A stretch of DNA of 61,189 nt from a virus, in the IMG/VR virus record IMGVR_UViG_3300045454_000015, positions 1 to 61,189 of that record; one strand, given 5' to 3'. Positions 49,116 to 58,694 of the stretch are shown here, in pieces (the first letter of the stretch is position 1; each line of letters opens with the position of its first letter). Both the position numbers and the translations under genes were made by a program. The notes beneath the pieces are model-generated. The model was not told the origin of the DNA. It saw only the letters and a list, made by a program, of their open reading frames with translations, and made no database searches.

Positions 49116-49903
49116 GATGCCGCACCCAGGGGCTCAACGGCCAGCGGCAGGCGCTGCAGGTTGGGGTTCACGCCCGTGATGGCGGTCACCTTGGCGTTCA
49201 GGCTGCCGGTGAACATCTGCGTGTAGGCCACGGCCTTGGCGGGGTCGCCGAACTCCGCTTCCTTCATGTGCGCCCGGGCCACCACGTAGTGCACCAGGTC
49301 GTCCAGGTACTCGTCGGAGATCGTGATGGTCTGCGTCGAGGCGCCGCCCACGTGGTAGATCGGCGAGCCCGGAGGGCCACCGGCCGGGATCTTCAACGGC
49401 TGGGCCGTGAGCACCATCTCCACCCACACCGCGGGGCTGGCCGGCACGGCGGGCGTGACGTAGAAGTCCTTGGGGGCACGAGGGTCGAAGGTGAAGTTCG
49501 TGACCTCGGTGCCGGTGATCGTGTGCCAGTTCTCGGTCTGGCTGTCCAGGGTCTTGCGGTCCACCAGGCGCACCACCCGGCCCGGCGTCTGGCCGTTGGC
49601 GCCCATGTTGCGGGGCACGTCGATCAGCAGCGTGCCGTACAGCGGCTGGCTGGGCGTGCCGCCGTTCTCGTCGCGGTAGTCGGCCGGGGCGATCGTGTCG
49701 ATGCTCTGCTTGGAGCCTGGGCGCAGGCGGCGCGAGATGTAGCGCGAGCACGCCGAGGGCAGGAACTTCGTGATCGCCACCTGGGCGTCGTTGAGCCAGT
49801 GCACCAGTTCGCGCTCGGACCACTTCTGGTACTGCGGGTTGTGGTCCTGCAGGATCAGGCTGACCCTCCAGAGCACGTCCTTGACCAGCTCGGTCGAAGC
49901 CAT
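49112..49903 (-). CDS. Virion structural protein (head-tail region), 263 aa
   Basis: Track ORF. Confidence 0.5.
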   Translation of the reverse strand: MASTELVKDVLWRVSLILQDHNPQYQKWSERELVHWLNDAQVAITKFLPSACSRYISRRLRPGSKQSIDTIAPADYRDENGGTPSQPLYGTLLIDVPRNMGANGQTPGRVVRLVDRKTLDSQTENWHTITGTEVTNFTFDPRAPKDFYVTPAVPASPAVWVEMVLTAQPLKIPAGGPPGSPIYHVGGASTQTITISDEYLDDLVHYVVARAHMKEAEFGDPAKAVAYTQMFTGSLNAKVTAITGVNPNLQRLPLAVEPLGAAS

Positions 49904-49906
49904 GGA

Positions 49907-50218
49907 TTACCCCTCGGTGATGAGGTCGAAGTGATGCTGCAGGTGGGCCTTGCAGTTCTGGCGCAGGCGGTCCACGGTCAGGCCCTCGACATCGCGCTTG
50001 GACACGCCGATGGCGGCCGCATAGTTGCGCAGCGAGGGCTCGTTGAGCGCGTCGATGTCCACGCTCTTGGGCGGGCGGCCGGGCTCGAAGGTCATGACCG
50101 GCGTGGCCTTGGGCTGCGCAGAGGTTTTGTGTGCATCTGGGGTGGCCGCCCGGGCGCACTTGAAACCCGGCTTCGGGCCGGGCTTCTTGTGCTGCTCGGG
50201 CGGCTTGCGCTTGGTCAT
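49907..50218 (-). CDS. Hypothetical basic protein, 103 aa
   Basis: Internal ATG (MTKRKPPEQHKK) overlapping the upstream stop. Confidence 0.45.
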   Translation of the reverse strand: MTKRKPPEQHKKPGPKPGFKCARAATPDAHKTSAQPKATPVMTFEPGRPPKSVDIDALNEPSLRNYAAAIGVSKRDVEGLTVDRLRQNCKAHLQHHFDLITEG

Positions 50219-50679
50219 CAGGCGCCCTCGACCGCCGGGCGGCACAGCACGGTGAGGCGCACGCGCGCCCCCGCCGTCGGCGTGGTGATGGTCGTGCAGG
50301 CCAGGCCGATGCCTCGGTCAGCCGTGGTCGGAGCGATGCGGCCACCGCCCGCGGCCGACATGCGCTTGATGCCGGCGGTCTGGAAGGCCTGGGCCGACAT
50401 GAACTCGGCGCCGCAGGTGCGAGCCTGATCGTTGCTGCCGTAGGCGCCCGAGAGGATGCCCACGTTGAACGTCATCGTCGCGCCCAGGGCCTCGTTGTCC
50501 GCGATCACGTCCACCGGCACGTAACCGGCGGGCAGCGGCGCCATCTCGACCACATCGCCGCTGGCAAAGCCAGCCGCGGGGACCGTGAAGTCGCCGAAGA
50601 TCGGGATGAGGTCCATCGCCGCATCGGCATTGGGCACCGGCAGGCCGGCCGCCACTTGGGTTGCTTTGTGAAGAGCCAT
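50218..50679 (-). CDS. Possible head decoration/cement protein, 153 aa
   Basis: Track ORF directly after the major capsid gene. SD aaggaga. Confidence 0.45.
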   Translation of the reverse strand: MALHKATQVAAGLPVPNADAAMDLIPIFGDFTVPAAGFASGDVVEMAPLPAGYVPVDVIADNEALGATMTFNVGILSGAYGSNDQARTCGAEFMSAQAFQTAGIKRMSAAGGGRIAPTTADRGIGLACTTITTPTAGARVRLTVLCRPAVEGA

Positions 50680-50706
50680 TTCAGTTCTCCTTGAGGGTCA
50701 GTGGCG

Positions 50707-51831
50707 TCACTGGGCCGCGGTGAAGGCGTGGTCGCACGCGATCACACCGAAGTCCATGCCGTTGAAGCGGCACTTCGAGAAGCCGGCGACCATGCGGACG
50801 ATGATGACGCCCTCCTCGCCGTAGTCCTCGTCGTCCTCGCGCAGCTCGTACTTCATGCCGCCCCGCTGGCCCTTGGTGCCGTGCGCCACAGCCACGGCGT
50901 TGGCGCCGAGGAACAGCGAGCGCGTGGCCGGGAAGGCGTAGGTGCTGCCGTTCATCGTGCTGGAGGTGCCGAACTTCACGACCGTCTGCGTCTCGTCCAG
51001 CAGCACGCCGTTGTAGTAGGCCTTGCCGCCGGTGAAGATCGGGTTCTTGCCGCCGTCGGCCGCCGCCTTGGCCTTCTCCAGGGTCAGCCAGCCGGCGTCA
51101 CCCACCTCGCGGCGGATGTCGTACATGCCTTCGGGCGCCGTGAGGAACACGAAGTGCTTGCCGCCTTCGACCTGGATCGGCTCCATGCGCACCGCCTTGT
51201 CGGGCTGGCCGCCGATCTGCTTCTTGGCCCGCAGCACCAGCTTGTCGATCACGTTGGTCGAGAGCTTGTCGCCGCTGGTCAGGGCTGCCACGTTCGCCCG
51301 GCTGCCGTCCCACACCATGTAGTGCTGGGCGTCGGGCTGGTCGAAGGTGTTGGGGAAGCCTGCGTAGCCCACCGGGTAGTGCTGGATCTCGTCGCCGACA
51401 CCGCGGTCACCCGAGGCGGTCATGGTGATCTGCTCGTCGTAGATCTCGGCCATGTAGTCGCTCAGGCGATCACGGGCCTGCTCTTCGATGTTCCAGTTCA
51501 CCCGCTTCTGGTCCATGATGTCGCCGACGTTGACCGCCTGGCGGTGCTTGTCGATGCGCATCTTGTGGGTGGCGTGCGAGAGCTTGTGCACGCGGCCGGC
51601 CAGCTTCTCGTTGCCCTCGACCGGCTTGCCCTTGATCTTGGCGATCAGGGTCGTGGTCACCTCGTCACCGGGCCCGGATTCCAGGTCGGTCTTGTTGACC
51701 ACCGGCATGTAGGAGCCTTCCTTGCCGGTCATCTTGTTGAAGTAGGTCTTCTTCTTCGAGTCCAGGGCGACTTTCGCCGCCCAAACTTTGACTGCCCCCG
51801 GATCGGTCGGCAGGATGCTGGTACGTGCCAT
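50707..51831 (-). CDS. Major capsid protein, 374 aa
   Basis: Assigned from size, its position after the scaffold gene, and strong SD ggagg. The N-terminal MARTSILPTDPGAVKVWAAKVA... is typical of podovirus HK97-fold capsid proteins. Confidence 0.7.
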   Translation of the reverse strand: MARTSILPTDPGAVKVWAAKVALDSKKKTYFNKMTGKEGSYMPVVNKTDLESGPGDEVTTTLIAKIKGKPVEGNEKLAGRVHKLSHATHKMRIDKHRQAVNVGDIMDQKRVNWNIEEQARDRLSDYMAEIYDEQITMTASGDRGVGDEIQHYPVGYAGFPNTFDQPDAQHYMVWDGSRANVAALTSGDKLSTNVIDKLVLRAKKQIGGQPDKAVRMEPIQVEGGKHFVFLTAPEGMYDIRREVGDAGWLTLEKAKAAADGGKNPIFTGGKAYYNGVLLDETQTVVKFGTSSTMNGSTYAFPATRSLFLGANAVAVAHGTKGQRGGMKYELREDDEDYGEEGVIIVRMVAGFSKCRFNGMDFGVIACDHAFTAAQ

Positions 51832-51895
51832 GAGTTACCTCCATTGAGGGCACACATGAGCACTCCTGCGCTCGAACTCCCCGGTTTCCCGGGAC

Positions 51896-52075
51896 CTATT
51901 GCGGGGTCAACTCCCGCAGTTTTTCGGGTCGGCCCACCGTGACGGCATCGCCGGCCTGAACTCTCATCCGAGCCACTCGCCCGGATTTCGATTCGAGTGT
52001 CACAAGGATTTCGCCGGAGTCAACGGCCCCGGGTTTCAGGGTGAAACGCACCGTCTCACCCTCCCTGACATCCAT
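51896..52075 (-). CDS. Doubtful small ORF, 59 aa (CsrA-like pattern?)
   Basis: MDVREGETVRFTL...GEILVTLESKSGRVARMRVQAGDAVTVGRPE. GC3 is only about 40 of 59 codons. Promoter-motif copy 5 lies inside it. Confidence 0.3.
   Translation of the reverse strand: MDVREGETVRFTLKPGAVDSGEILVTLESKSGRVARMRVQAGDAVTVGRPEKLRELTPQ
51996..52025 (-). promoter_or_regulatory. Late-promoter-like motif, copy 5 (CGTTGACTCCGG-...-TGtGACACT)
   Basis: Located in the 284-nt scaffold-capsid gap. An extended -10-like TG is present. Confidence 0.45.
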
Positions 52076-52115
52076 CAGCAATCCGCGGCCTTTGCTCACC
52101 GGCGCTCCTTGTGTC

Positions 52116-53075
52116 TCAGTGGGCCTGGCGCAGCAGGCGCTCCACCACAGCGGGCGGCTGCTTGGCCAGGAACAGCTCGGCTTCCTCGCCTTCCAGATTG
52201 GCGAACTGGTTGAAGAGGTCATCGCCCACCGGCGCTGCCGAGGCCGAGGGCAGACCGCCCAGCGTCTTCGGGCCCGGAGGCGGCGCGGTGCGCTGGGCAG
52301 CCGCGGGTGCCTGTGCCGGAGCCTGCGCAGGAGCCGCGGCCTGCTTGGGCTGCACGCCTCGCAGGGCCAGCAGCGCGCGGTGCGCTTGGGCGGCCACGTC
52401 TTCGAAGTCCGCTTGGGCGTTGTCCGGGTCCTCGAGCAGGCCGCTGAGCAGCGTGTCGTACTGGCGGCGTGCCTTCTCGTCGTTCGCGTAGTCGATCTCG
52501 CCGGCTTTCTTGGCCTGCTTGACAATGTTGGCGATGGCGCGCGCATGCAGCGAGGCCTGGGCCTGCTCGTTGGCCGCTTGCAGCGTCTCGGCGCGCACGC
52601 GGGCCGCGGTCAGGTTCTCCAGGGCCTCGGCCACCTCGGCATCGACGGCCGCGAACTCGTCGGCGTCGATCTCGCCGTCCATGAGCTGCTTCATGGCGCC
52701 AGCTTTCTTGGCCATGAGAGCCTTGCGCTGGTCGGCGTAGTCCTTGGGCACCTCGCCCTGGAACTTGGGCACGAACGGGGCTTCGCGCTGGTCGTCGTCC
52801 GCGATCTCGGCCAGGGCTTCGGCGCTGGATTGCTCGGCCGGGGTGCCTTCGCCGCCCGGCTTGCCGTCGCCCTCGGCTTGTCCATCGGTGCCGGCCTCGG
52901 AAGAGGCTTCGGCGACTGCGGCTTCTCCGGCCTCGCCGGTGTCATCGGCGCCCTGGGCTTCACTGGCAGGATTGCCAGCCAAGATGTCGGCAGCGTCCTC
53001 GCCTTGCAGCGCGGCCAGCTCTTCGGGGGTCAGGTCGGCCTTGTCGTCGGCCGAGAGTTCCAGTTGCTTTCCCAT
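52116..53075 (-). CDS. Scaffolding protein, 319 aa
   Basis: Acidic, Ala/Glu/Gln-rich and helical, lying between the portal and capsid genes. Confidence 0.6.
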   Translation of the reverse strand: MGKQLELSADDKADLTPEELAALQGEDAADILAGNPASEAQGADDTGEAGEAAVAEASSEAGTDGQAEGDGKPGGEGTPAEQSSAEALAEIADDDQREAPFVPKFQGEVPKDYADQRKALMAKKAGAMKQLMDGEIDADEFAAVDAEVAEALENLTAARVRAETLQAANEQAQASLHARAIANIVKQAKKAGEIDYANDEKARRQYDTLLSGLLEDPDNAQADFEDVAAQAHRALLALRGVQPKQAAAPAQAPAQAPAAAQRTAPPPGPKTLGGLPSASAAPVGDDLFNQFANLEGEEAELFLAKQPPAVVERLLRQAH

Positions 53076-53105
53076 GTCGTGCTCCTTGGGGTGGTGATGA
53101 AAGGC

Positions 53106-53291
53106 TTACTTCGTGGCCTGGGCGGCCTGCAGCGCCTGCATCTGCTCCTTGGCCTTGGCCTTCGCGGCGGCCAGGCGCTTGGGGTCCTTCTTGATCTCGG
53201 CGGCGCGCAGCAGGGTGCGCAGGTCATCCTCGGCGCGCCAGTCGGCTTCCTGTTTGGCGCTCACTTGCGCGGCGCTTAGGGTCTTGGCCAT
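53106..53291 (-). CDS. Small coiled-coil protein, 61 aa
   Basis: Track ORF lying between the portal and scaffold genes. Confidence 0.45.
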   Translation of the reverse strand: MAKTLSAAQVSAKQEADWRAEDDLRTLLRAAEIKKDPKRLAAAKAKAKEQMQALQAAQATK

Positions 53292-53292
53292 G

Positions 53293-55476
53293 TCACATCA
53301 CTCCTGGTTGCAGACCGTCAGCGGCCTGAGTTTCAATTCCAGCCATGGCCCCGTCGGCCTGCTGTGGTTCGGGGATCGCGGGCCCGGGCTGGGCCCCTTG
53401 CGCTGCGGCCGGGTCGATCACGCCGGCCCCGCCCTTGTCCTGGAAGCCCGCGGAGCGCAGCAGTTCATCGGCGATGGGGGTGATGCCCGGCGCCATGGCC
53501 AGCACCTGGGCACCCTGGGCGGCCATGTAGAGCGATTCCAGCCGCTTGGCCATCGCCTCGGCGTCCAGCTTCTCGCCCTTGGCCTGGGCCTCCTTGATCG
53601 CGGCCTGCATCTGGGCCATCTGGGCCTGGAACTGCGCCTGTGCAATCGCCTGCTGCTGCGCCTTGGCGGCCTGCTGCTCGGGCGTGTCTTCCTCGCCCGG
53701 GGCGTTCTGGCCGGTGACGCCGCGCACGCGCTGCAGGATCGTCTCGCGCTTGGGCAAGTTGGGGTGCATCTCGAAGACGAGATCGAGGATGGCCACCACC
53801 ACCTGCGGGGCGACCGGGGCAAGCTGGCCCAGCAGCTCCATCGTGCTGTCGAAAGCCCCCTCGGCCAGGCTCTGCTTCCACGGCTGCTCGCCGATCACGA
53901 AGTGGGCCTGCCGCGCGGTGATGTCGTTGAGCACCTCGCCGTTCGGCCCCGGCTGGTTGATCTTCACGTAGTCGAAGCGCGAGGACTCGCCCGGCACGCC
54001 GAAGGTCTTGGGCTGGTTCACGAACTGCTCGCACAGGCTCAGCGTGAGCTCGCCCTCCAGTTGCCGGGCCAGCAGCAGGTTGTCGAAGGGCTCGGTGGTG
54101 AGCATCGAGCCCTGTTCCTGCTTGGCGATGATGGCCTTGCCGGAGCGGGCGGTGGTGTCCAGGCCGCGGGCCTCGCCGTTGACACCCGAGCCCATGCGGA
54201 TGGCCTGGATGTTGTGCTCGGCCAGGCGCAGGTCGCCCTCCACGAAGGGTTGGCCCTCGCGGATCTGCACCTTGCTGCCCGAAAGCGCGCCGTCGGCGAA
54301 GGTGAGCACACCATCGGGGGCTGCTGCCTCGTCGCGCAGTTGCTCCTCGTCCATCACCTCACGGTCCAGGGCCGACTTTTCCAGGCGGATCTGGTTGGCC
54401 GACAGGCGCCACTGGGCCTTGGACATCTGCTTGTTCAGCACGTCCTGCGGCCCGCGCTGCTGGCGGATCATCCCGTAGGGCGCGCGGTCCTTCTTGCGCC
54501 GGTAGCACCACACCGGGACGAAGGGGAAGCGGTTGTGCTTGTACGGGCTCCAGGTTTCCAGCAGGGTGTCGTACTCGGTCATGATGGTCACGCGCTTGCG
54601 CATGCGAACCGGGTCGTTCAGGCTGGCGCCGCCGTCGCCCTCGCGGCTGGGCACATACACCTCGTTGGCCCAGCACTCGATCAGCAGCACCCGCTCGCGC
54701 GGGTTGGTGAGCCAGGCGTCGGCGTCGTAGGGCGCCCACTTCTGCGGCATCGCGCCCACCGGGCTGGTCATGCCGCTGATGGGCTCGCCGTTCCACCACT
54801 CCAGGTAGGTCGATCGCTGGTCGCCCTCGATCAGGGCCTTCCTGAGCAGGTCGCCGTGGCCGAGATAGGCCTCGGCAATGTCCAGGTCCACCTCCTTGAA
54901 GCGGAACTGGTAGCGCCAGTCATCGTCGGGGATCGGGCTCATGCCCAGGCTGTCGTACAGCATGTTGCGCCACGTCTCGGAGCGCACGTAGACCGGCTCG
55001 TCGCTCTCGTCATCGCGCACGCCCACCTCCAGCCACCCCAGGCCGGCCTTCACCGACTCCTCGAAGGCCCAGGAGCGTGCCCAGGGCGTGCGGTTGACGT
55101 CGGACAGGTACTTGAGCAGCTTGGTCTTGGCCTGGGCGTCCTCGTAGGCCTCCTTGCTGTCGTCGCTGCGGCTGGTCACCAGGTGATCGACGCGGGTGCG
55201 CCGCTCGGTGCCGATCATCCAGTCGATCGTGGGCTTGACCTCGTTGTAGACCACGGGGTTCTGGCCACGGGCCAGCAGGGCGGCCGCTTCGTCGGGCTGG
55301 TACTGCAGGCCGTCGTAGTAGTCCTCGTCCATCGCCATCTGGTAGCGGTTGGCCGCCTGGCGGGTGAGCTCCATCTGGAACCAAGCCTTGCGCGTGCGAA
55401 AGCGCTGGATCTTGGCTTCGTCGTGCTTGCGCTCTTCCGCGCGCTGGGAGCCCGTGCGGGCTTTGATGGTGGCCAT
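53293..55476 (-). CDS. Portal protein, 727 aa
   Basis: Assigned from size and position downstream of terL. The acidic, Gln-rich C-terminus is as in P22-type portals. Confidence 0.7.
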   Translation of the reverse strand: MATIKARTGSQRAEERKHDEAKIQRFRTRKAWFQMELTRQAANRYQMAMDEDYYDGLQYQPDEAAALLARGQNPVVYNEVKPTIDWMIGTERRTRVDHLVTSRSDDSKEAYEDAQAKTKLLKYLSDVNRTPWARSWAFEESVKAGLGWLEVGVRDDESDEPVYVRSETWRNMLYDSLGMSPIPDDDWRYQFRFKEVDLDIAEAYLGHGDLLRKALIEGDQRSTYLEWWNGEPISGMTSPVGAMPQKWAPYDADAWLTNPRERVLLIECWANEVYVPSREGDGGASLNDPVRMRKRVTIMTEYDTLLETWSPYKHNRFPFVPVWCYRRKKDRAPYGMIRQQRGPQDVLNKQMSKAQWRLSANQIRLEKSALDREVMDEEQLRDEAAAPDGVLTFADGALSGSKVQIREGQPFVEGDLRLAEHNIQAIRMGSGVNGEARGLDTTARSGKAIIAKQEQGSMLTTEPFDNLLLARQLEGELTLSLCEQFVNQPKTFGVPGESSRFDYVKINQPGPNGEVLNDITARQAHFVIGEQPWKQSLAEGAFDSTMELLGQLAPVAPQVVVAILDLVFEMHPNLPKRETILQRVRGVTGQNAPGEEDTPEQQAAKAQQQAIAQAQFQAQMAQMQAAIKEAQAKGEKLDAEAMAKRLESLYMAAQGAQVLAMAPGITPIADELLRSAGFQDKGGAGVIDPAAAQGAQPGPAIPEPQQADGAMAGIETQAADGLQPGVM

Positions 55477-55949
55477 CAGATGGTGTCCTCGCTGAGGGTC
55501 TTGCCGGTGGCCTCGTCGCTGAGCTCCACCTCGAGCAGGGCTTTGCCGGCCTCGGCCTGGCGCGCATCACGCGGCATGGGCGGCATGAGGATCAGCTCGG
55601 GGATGTAGTGCATCACCACGTCCACCAGGGTGCTGACCTCCACCTGCAGGGGCGCGCGGTCGAAGCACTCCACCAGCGCGGCGCGGGCCTCGGCGAAGGC
55701 CTCCGGCGTGGGCTTGCCGCTGGGGTCGGCGTACTTGCCCACCGAGCTCAGGCAAATGCCCCACACGCCGGCCTCGCGCCCACCGGCCACGGGCCAGATG
55801 GCCAGCATGGGCTCGGTGGTGCGGCGCCCAGAGAACCATTCCAGGCTCACGCAGTAGCCCTTGAAGGTGCCGGTCTTCCAGCTGGTCGGCCCGCCGAGCG
55901 AGTACAGGTCGCGCCCGAGGGTGTCCACGAGAGGGGTGTTGATGTTCAT
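55476..55949 (-). CDS. Hypothetical protein, 157 aa
   Basis: Track ORF with ATGA overlap with the terL stop. Confidence 0.5.
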   Translation of the reverse strand: MNINTPLVDTLGRDLYSLGGPTSWKTGTFKGYCVSLEWFSGRRTTEPMLAIWPVAGGREAGVWGICLSSVGKYADPSGKPTPEAFAEARAALVECFDRAPLQVEVSTLVDVVMHYIPELILMPPMPRDARQAEAGKALLEVELSDEATGKTLSEDTI

Positions 55950-57388
55950 AGGATCTTGGGGTTGCGCTCGCGCCGCTCACGGCGCGGCTGAGGTTCGGTG
56001 GTGGCCCTGGCCAGGCCTGAGACGATCAGGTAGCGCGTTGCGTCCATGAGGTGGTCGTTCTCCTTGACGATGGCGCCCTTCTCGTCGCGTCGGTACAGCC
56101 GGTACTCGCCGAGCCAGTTCTGCAGGCTGCGGAAGACCTTGAGGCGGCCGGTGGACAGGCGCTGCCACACGTCGTAGATGCCGGCCTCGCGTGCGTTGTT
56201 GGCCGGCTGTAGGTCCAGGCCGTGCTCCCGGTAGGTTTCGATGAGCTTCTCGCCGTCTTTCTGGCTTCGCCCCCGCGCGGCCGGGTCGATCACGCCGGGT
56301 ATCCACTTGCCCTTCGCCTTGATCGCGTCGGCGTGGATGCTTGGCTCTGCTTGACCGCGGTAGTGCTCGGCAGTCAGATACACCACGTCGTTCTCTCGGT
56401 CCCACGCTGCCCAGGCTGCGGCTGTGCGATTCCATCCCACGTCCATGCCATAGGATCGCGGCCAGTGCTCCGGGATGTCGAAGGGCGCCACCACGATGTC
56501 TTCCTCCGGCACCGGGTAGATCGCTCCCGCCCCCAGGCTGGGAATGCCCTTTGTTCGGGCGTCGCGCTGGTGGGGCATCAGCTTGGCCAGCATCTTGATC
56601 TTCACGTCCTCGTCCAGGTGAGGCACGTCGTCCCATCCGCACTGCACGATGGCCCGGCTGGCCGCGGCGTCTGTGCTGGTCTTCTGGAGGCTCACCACAA
56701 GCGGCGTCAAGCCGTTCAGGGGCGTGAAAGTGAGCATCGAGATGCCTCGGCGCGTCATCAAGCGCACCAGGCCCTCCTCGTACACGTCCTCGGGGCACTC
56801 TTCGTCGGCCCAGAACACGTCCAGCTCGAAGCCCTGGAAGATCTCGCGGCCCTGCTCGTAGCTGCGCAGCCACAGCTCCGACTCGCCGCCGGTCACGTGG
56901 CGCACGGTCACGCGCTCGATGGCGCCCTTGACGTGTGGCCGCGGGATGTAGCTGATGATGTCTTGACCAGGGATCAGCCCCGTGCCGATGTTCTCCGGGC
57001 GGTCGGTCGTCCCGCCCAGCAGCTTGAGCTGCAGGATGTCGCGCGTGGTTTCGTGGGTGTCGCCGGACGCTAGCGCCCGGATCGGCCGGTTGAACCTGCG
57101 CCCCTCCCACCACGCAGGGTACTTGCCCGTAAGGTGGTACGCGATCTCGCAGCCTGCGGCCACGGTCTTGCCGGTCCTGTTGCCCGCGATGAACGCCCGC
57201 TCGTCCTTCTCGGCGCCGAGCCGGAAGAACTCGACGTGCTTGGGGTACAGATCGCGTCGCAGCGGCCCATCGTCCGGGAACATGCCGTCGAGCAGGCGCA
57301 TGCGGCTACGCCGCTCGACCTCTCCCAGCAGCACCGCCAGTTCGGCCTTGTCCTCAGGGCTCAGAGTCGAAAGGTCAATCGCCCCCAT
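55946..57388 (-). CDS. terL: Terminase large subunit, 480 aa
   Basis: Walker A is IAGNRTGKT. The nuclease half contains ...DVGWNRTAAAWAAWD...HLMDATRY.... Start MGAIDLS overlaps the terS end. Confidence 0.85.
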   Translation of the reverse strand: MGAIDLSTLSPEDKAELAVLLGEVERRSRMRLLDGMFPDDGPLRRDLYPKHVEFFRLGAEKDERAFIAGNRTGKTVAAGCEIAYHLTGKYPAWWEGRRFNRPIRALASGDTHETTRDILQLKLLGGTTDRPENIGTGLIPGQDIISYIPRPHVKGAIERVTVRHVTGGESELWLRSYEQGREIFQGFELDVFWADEECPEDVYEEGLVRLMTRRGISMLTFTPLNGLTPLVVSLQKTSTDAAASRAIVQCGWDDVPHLDEDVKIKMLAKLMPHQRDARTKGIPSLGAGAIYPVPEEDIVVAPFDIPEHWPRSYGMDVGWNRTAAAWAAWDRENDVVYLTAEHYRGQAEPSIHADAIKAKGKWIPGVIDPAARGRSQKDGEKLIETYREHGLDLQPANNAREAGIYDVWQRLSTGRLKVFRSLQNWLGEYRLYRRDEKGAIVKENDHLMDATRYLIVSGLARATTEPQPRRERRERNPKIL

Positions 57389-58106
57389 CTGCGGCGCCCT
57401 CCGTCTTCGGCGGCGTGATGGCCGTGATCCCAAACCGTGCCAGCCGCTTGGCCAGCTCGTCGTCGCTCATGGACCGAGCATCGATGGTCGCGTCGACCTG
57501 CACCTTGTCGCCGTAGACCCGCGGCTTGAGCTTCGCCGCCACCCATTTGCGTGCATCAACGCGCAACTTCGCGCGCTGCACCGCTGCATGGTTCGTCACC
57601 GGCCGGCCGTCTTCGTCTTCTGCCAGGTCGCTGCCGTCGTCGTCGCTGATGGACACGATCTCGTCGGCCAGCTTGTCGGAGCGGTCCTCGCGCGCACGCG
57701 CGTATTTGGCGTCTCTCTCAGGGTCGGCGGCGATCCAATCGCGGATCGTGCTGTAGCTCAGGCCCTGCTCTTGTGAGTAGGCCCACAAGTTTCCGCCGGA
57801 CACGATGTAGTCGCACAGGGCCGTGATGGCACGAGCGGGGTCGGCGCTCCACTTCTGCCACGGGGTTTGCGGGGTCTCTGCGGCTGCTGCCGGTGCCGGC
57901 TTTGCCTTCTTGGAGCGGGCGCCCGGAGTTGAACCGGGCGACTCCGACGTAGAAGGACGGCGCCCTGCCAGTTGAGCTACGCCCCCCGCGGGTTGCTTGG
58001 GTTTGGCCGCGACCTTCTTGGCCGCCGGGCGCTTTGCCGGGGCCTTCTTCGGGTCAGGGGTGGTCGCCTTGGCCTTGGTGGGCTTCGGCGTACTCTTGCG
58101 CGCCAT
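57375..58106 (-). CDS. terS: Terminase small subunit, 243 aa
   Basis: Lys/Pro-rich N-terminus, LSYSTIRDWIA HTH-like segment, and KLRVDARKWVAAKLKPRVYGDK, a typical TerS C-terminal motif. Confidence 0.65.
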   Translation of the reverse strand: MARKSTPKPTKAKATTPDPKKAPAKRPAAKKVAAKPKQPAGGVAQLAGRRPSTSESPGSTPGARSKKAKPAPAAAAETPQTPWQKWSADPARAITALCDYIVSGGNLWAYSQEQGLSYSTIRDWIAADPERDAKYARAREDRSDKLADEIVSISDDDGSDLAEDEDGRPVTNHAAVQRAKLRVDARKWVAAKLKPRVYGDKVQVDATIDARSMSDDELAKRLARFGITAITPPKTEGAADGGD

Positions 58107-58223
58107 CCGTGTGTCCTCGTGGTGGTGGGCAGCCGCGAGGGAAAGAACGGCCCAGGGCACCAGGCCCCGGGCGTTCCACCAGTCCCCACTGGCTGCGATG
58201 GCAACTGCTTACCATCAAGGATG

Positions 58224-58253
58224 AGTAGAACCTGGGTTTTGCCGGAGTCAACG
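58224..58253 (-). promoter_or_regulatory. Late-promoter-like motif, copy 6 (CGTTGACTCCGG-...-TCTACT)
   Basis: Lies about 120-140 nt upstream of terS, back-to-back with the plus-strand cassette promoter. Confidence 0.5.
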
Positions 58254-58269
58254 AGGCCGCATTGCGGGC

Positions 58270-58297
58270 TTGACTTCACACCAATGTGGTGTATAGT
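58270..58297 (+). promoter_or_regulatory. Strong sigma70-type promoter with an operator palindrome
   Basis: TTGACT (58270..58275), a 16-nt spacer, then TATAGT (58292..58297). The palindrome CACCA-ATG-TGGTG (58279..58291) fills the spacer. Confidence 0.7.
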
Positions 58298-58364
58298 TCA
58301 GGCATGGTGATCGAGTTGATCGCCACCGACGCCAGGCGGGTCCTGGCTCTCTGAGGAGATCATC

Positions 58365-58637
58365 ATGAGCACCCGCACCACCTTTTTCACCCTCCGGGCA
58401 CCGGGCCCGGCAGTACTGGTCGCCGACGCCTGCGAGGCCCTGCCCGACACGGGCGAGCACGCGCGCCGGATGGCTCTGACCGAGCACTCGGTCATCAAGA
58501 CCGGCCACCGCGCCGGCCACTGGAGCCGCGAGGCGCTGGAGCGTCTGGCCACCCGTCACGGGATGGCGCTGGTATCCGCCTACTCGATCGCCCGCGACAG
58601 CAATGGATGGATCGAGGCGTCGCGCAGCAGTATCTAA
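58365..58637 (+). CDS. Cassette gene A, unknown, 90 aa
   Basis: Track ORF with SD gaggag. Oriented opposite to all flanking genes. Confidence 0.55.
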   Translation: MSTRTTFFTLRAPGPAVLVADACEALPDTGEHARRMALTEHSVIKTGHRAGHWSREALERLATRHGMALVSAYSIARDSNGWIEASRSSI

Positions 58638-58694
58638 CTCCCACCCCCGGCCCTGCACGCGGGGCCTGCGCACAGAACGCACGAAAGGACCATC

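Noticed and set aside
53113-55608. An 831-aa plus-strand ORF opposite the portal gene.
   Set aside because: It is a shadow ORF with no start context and a garbage-like composition. The portal frame has the proper bias and operon context.
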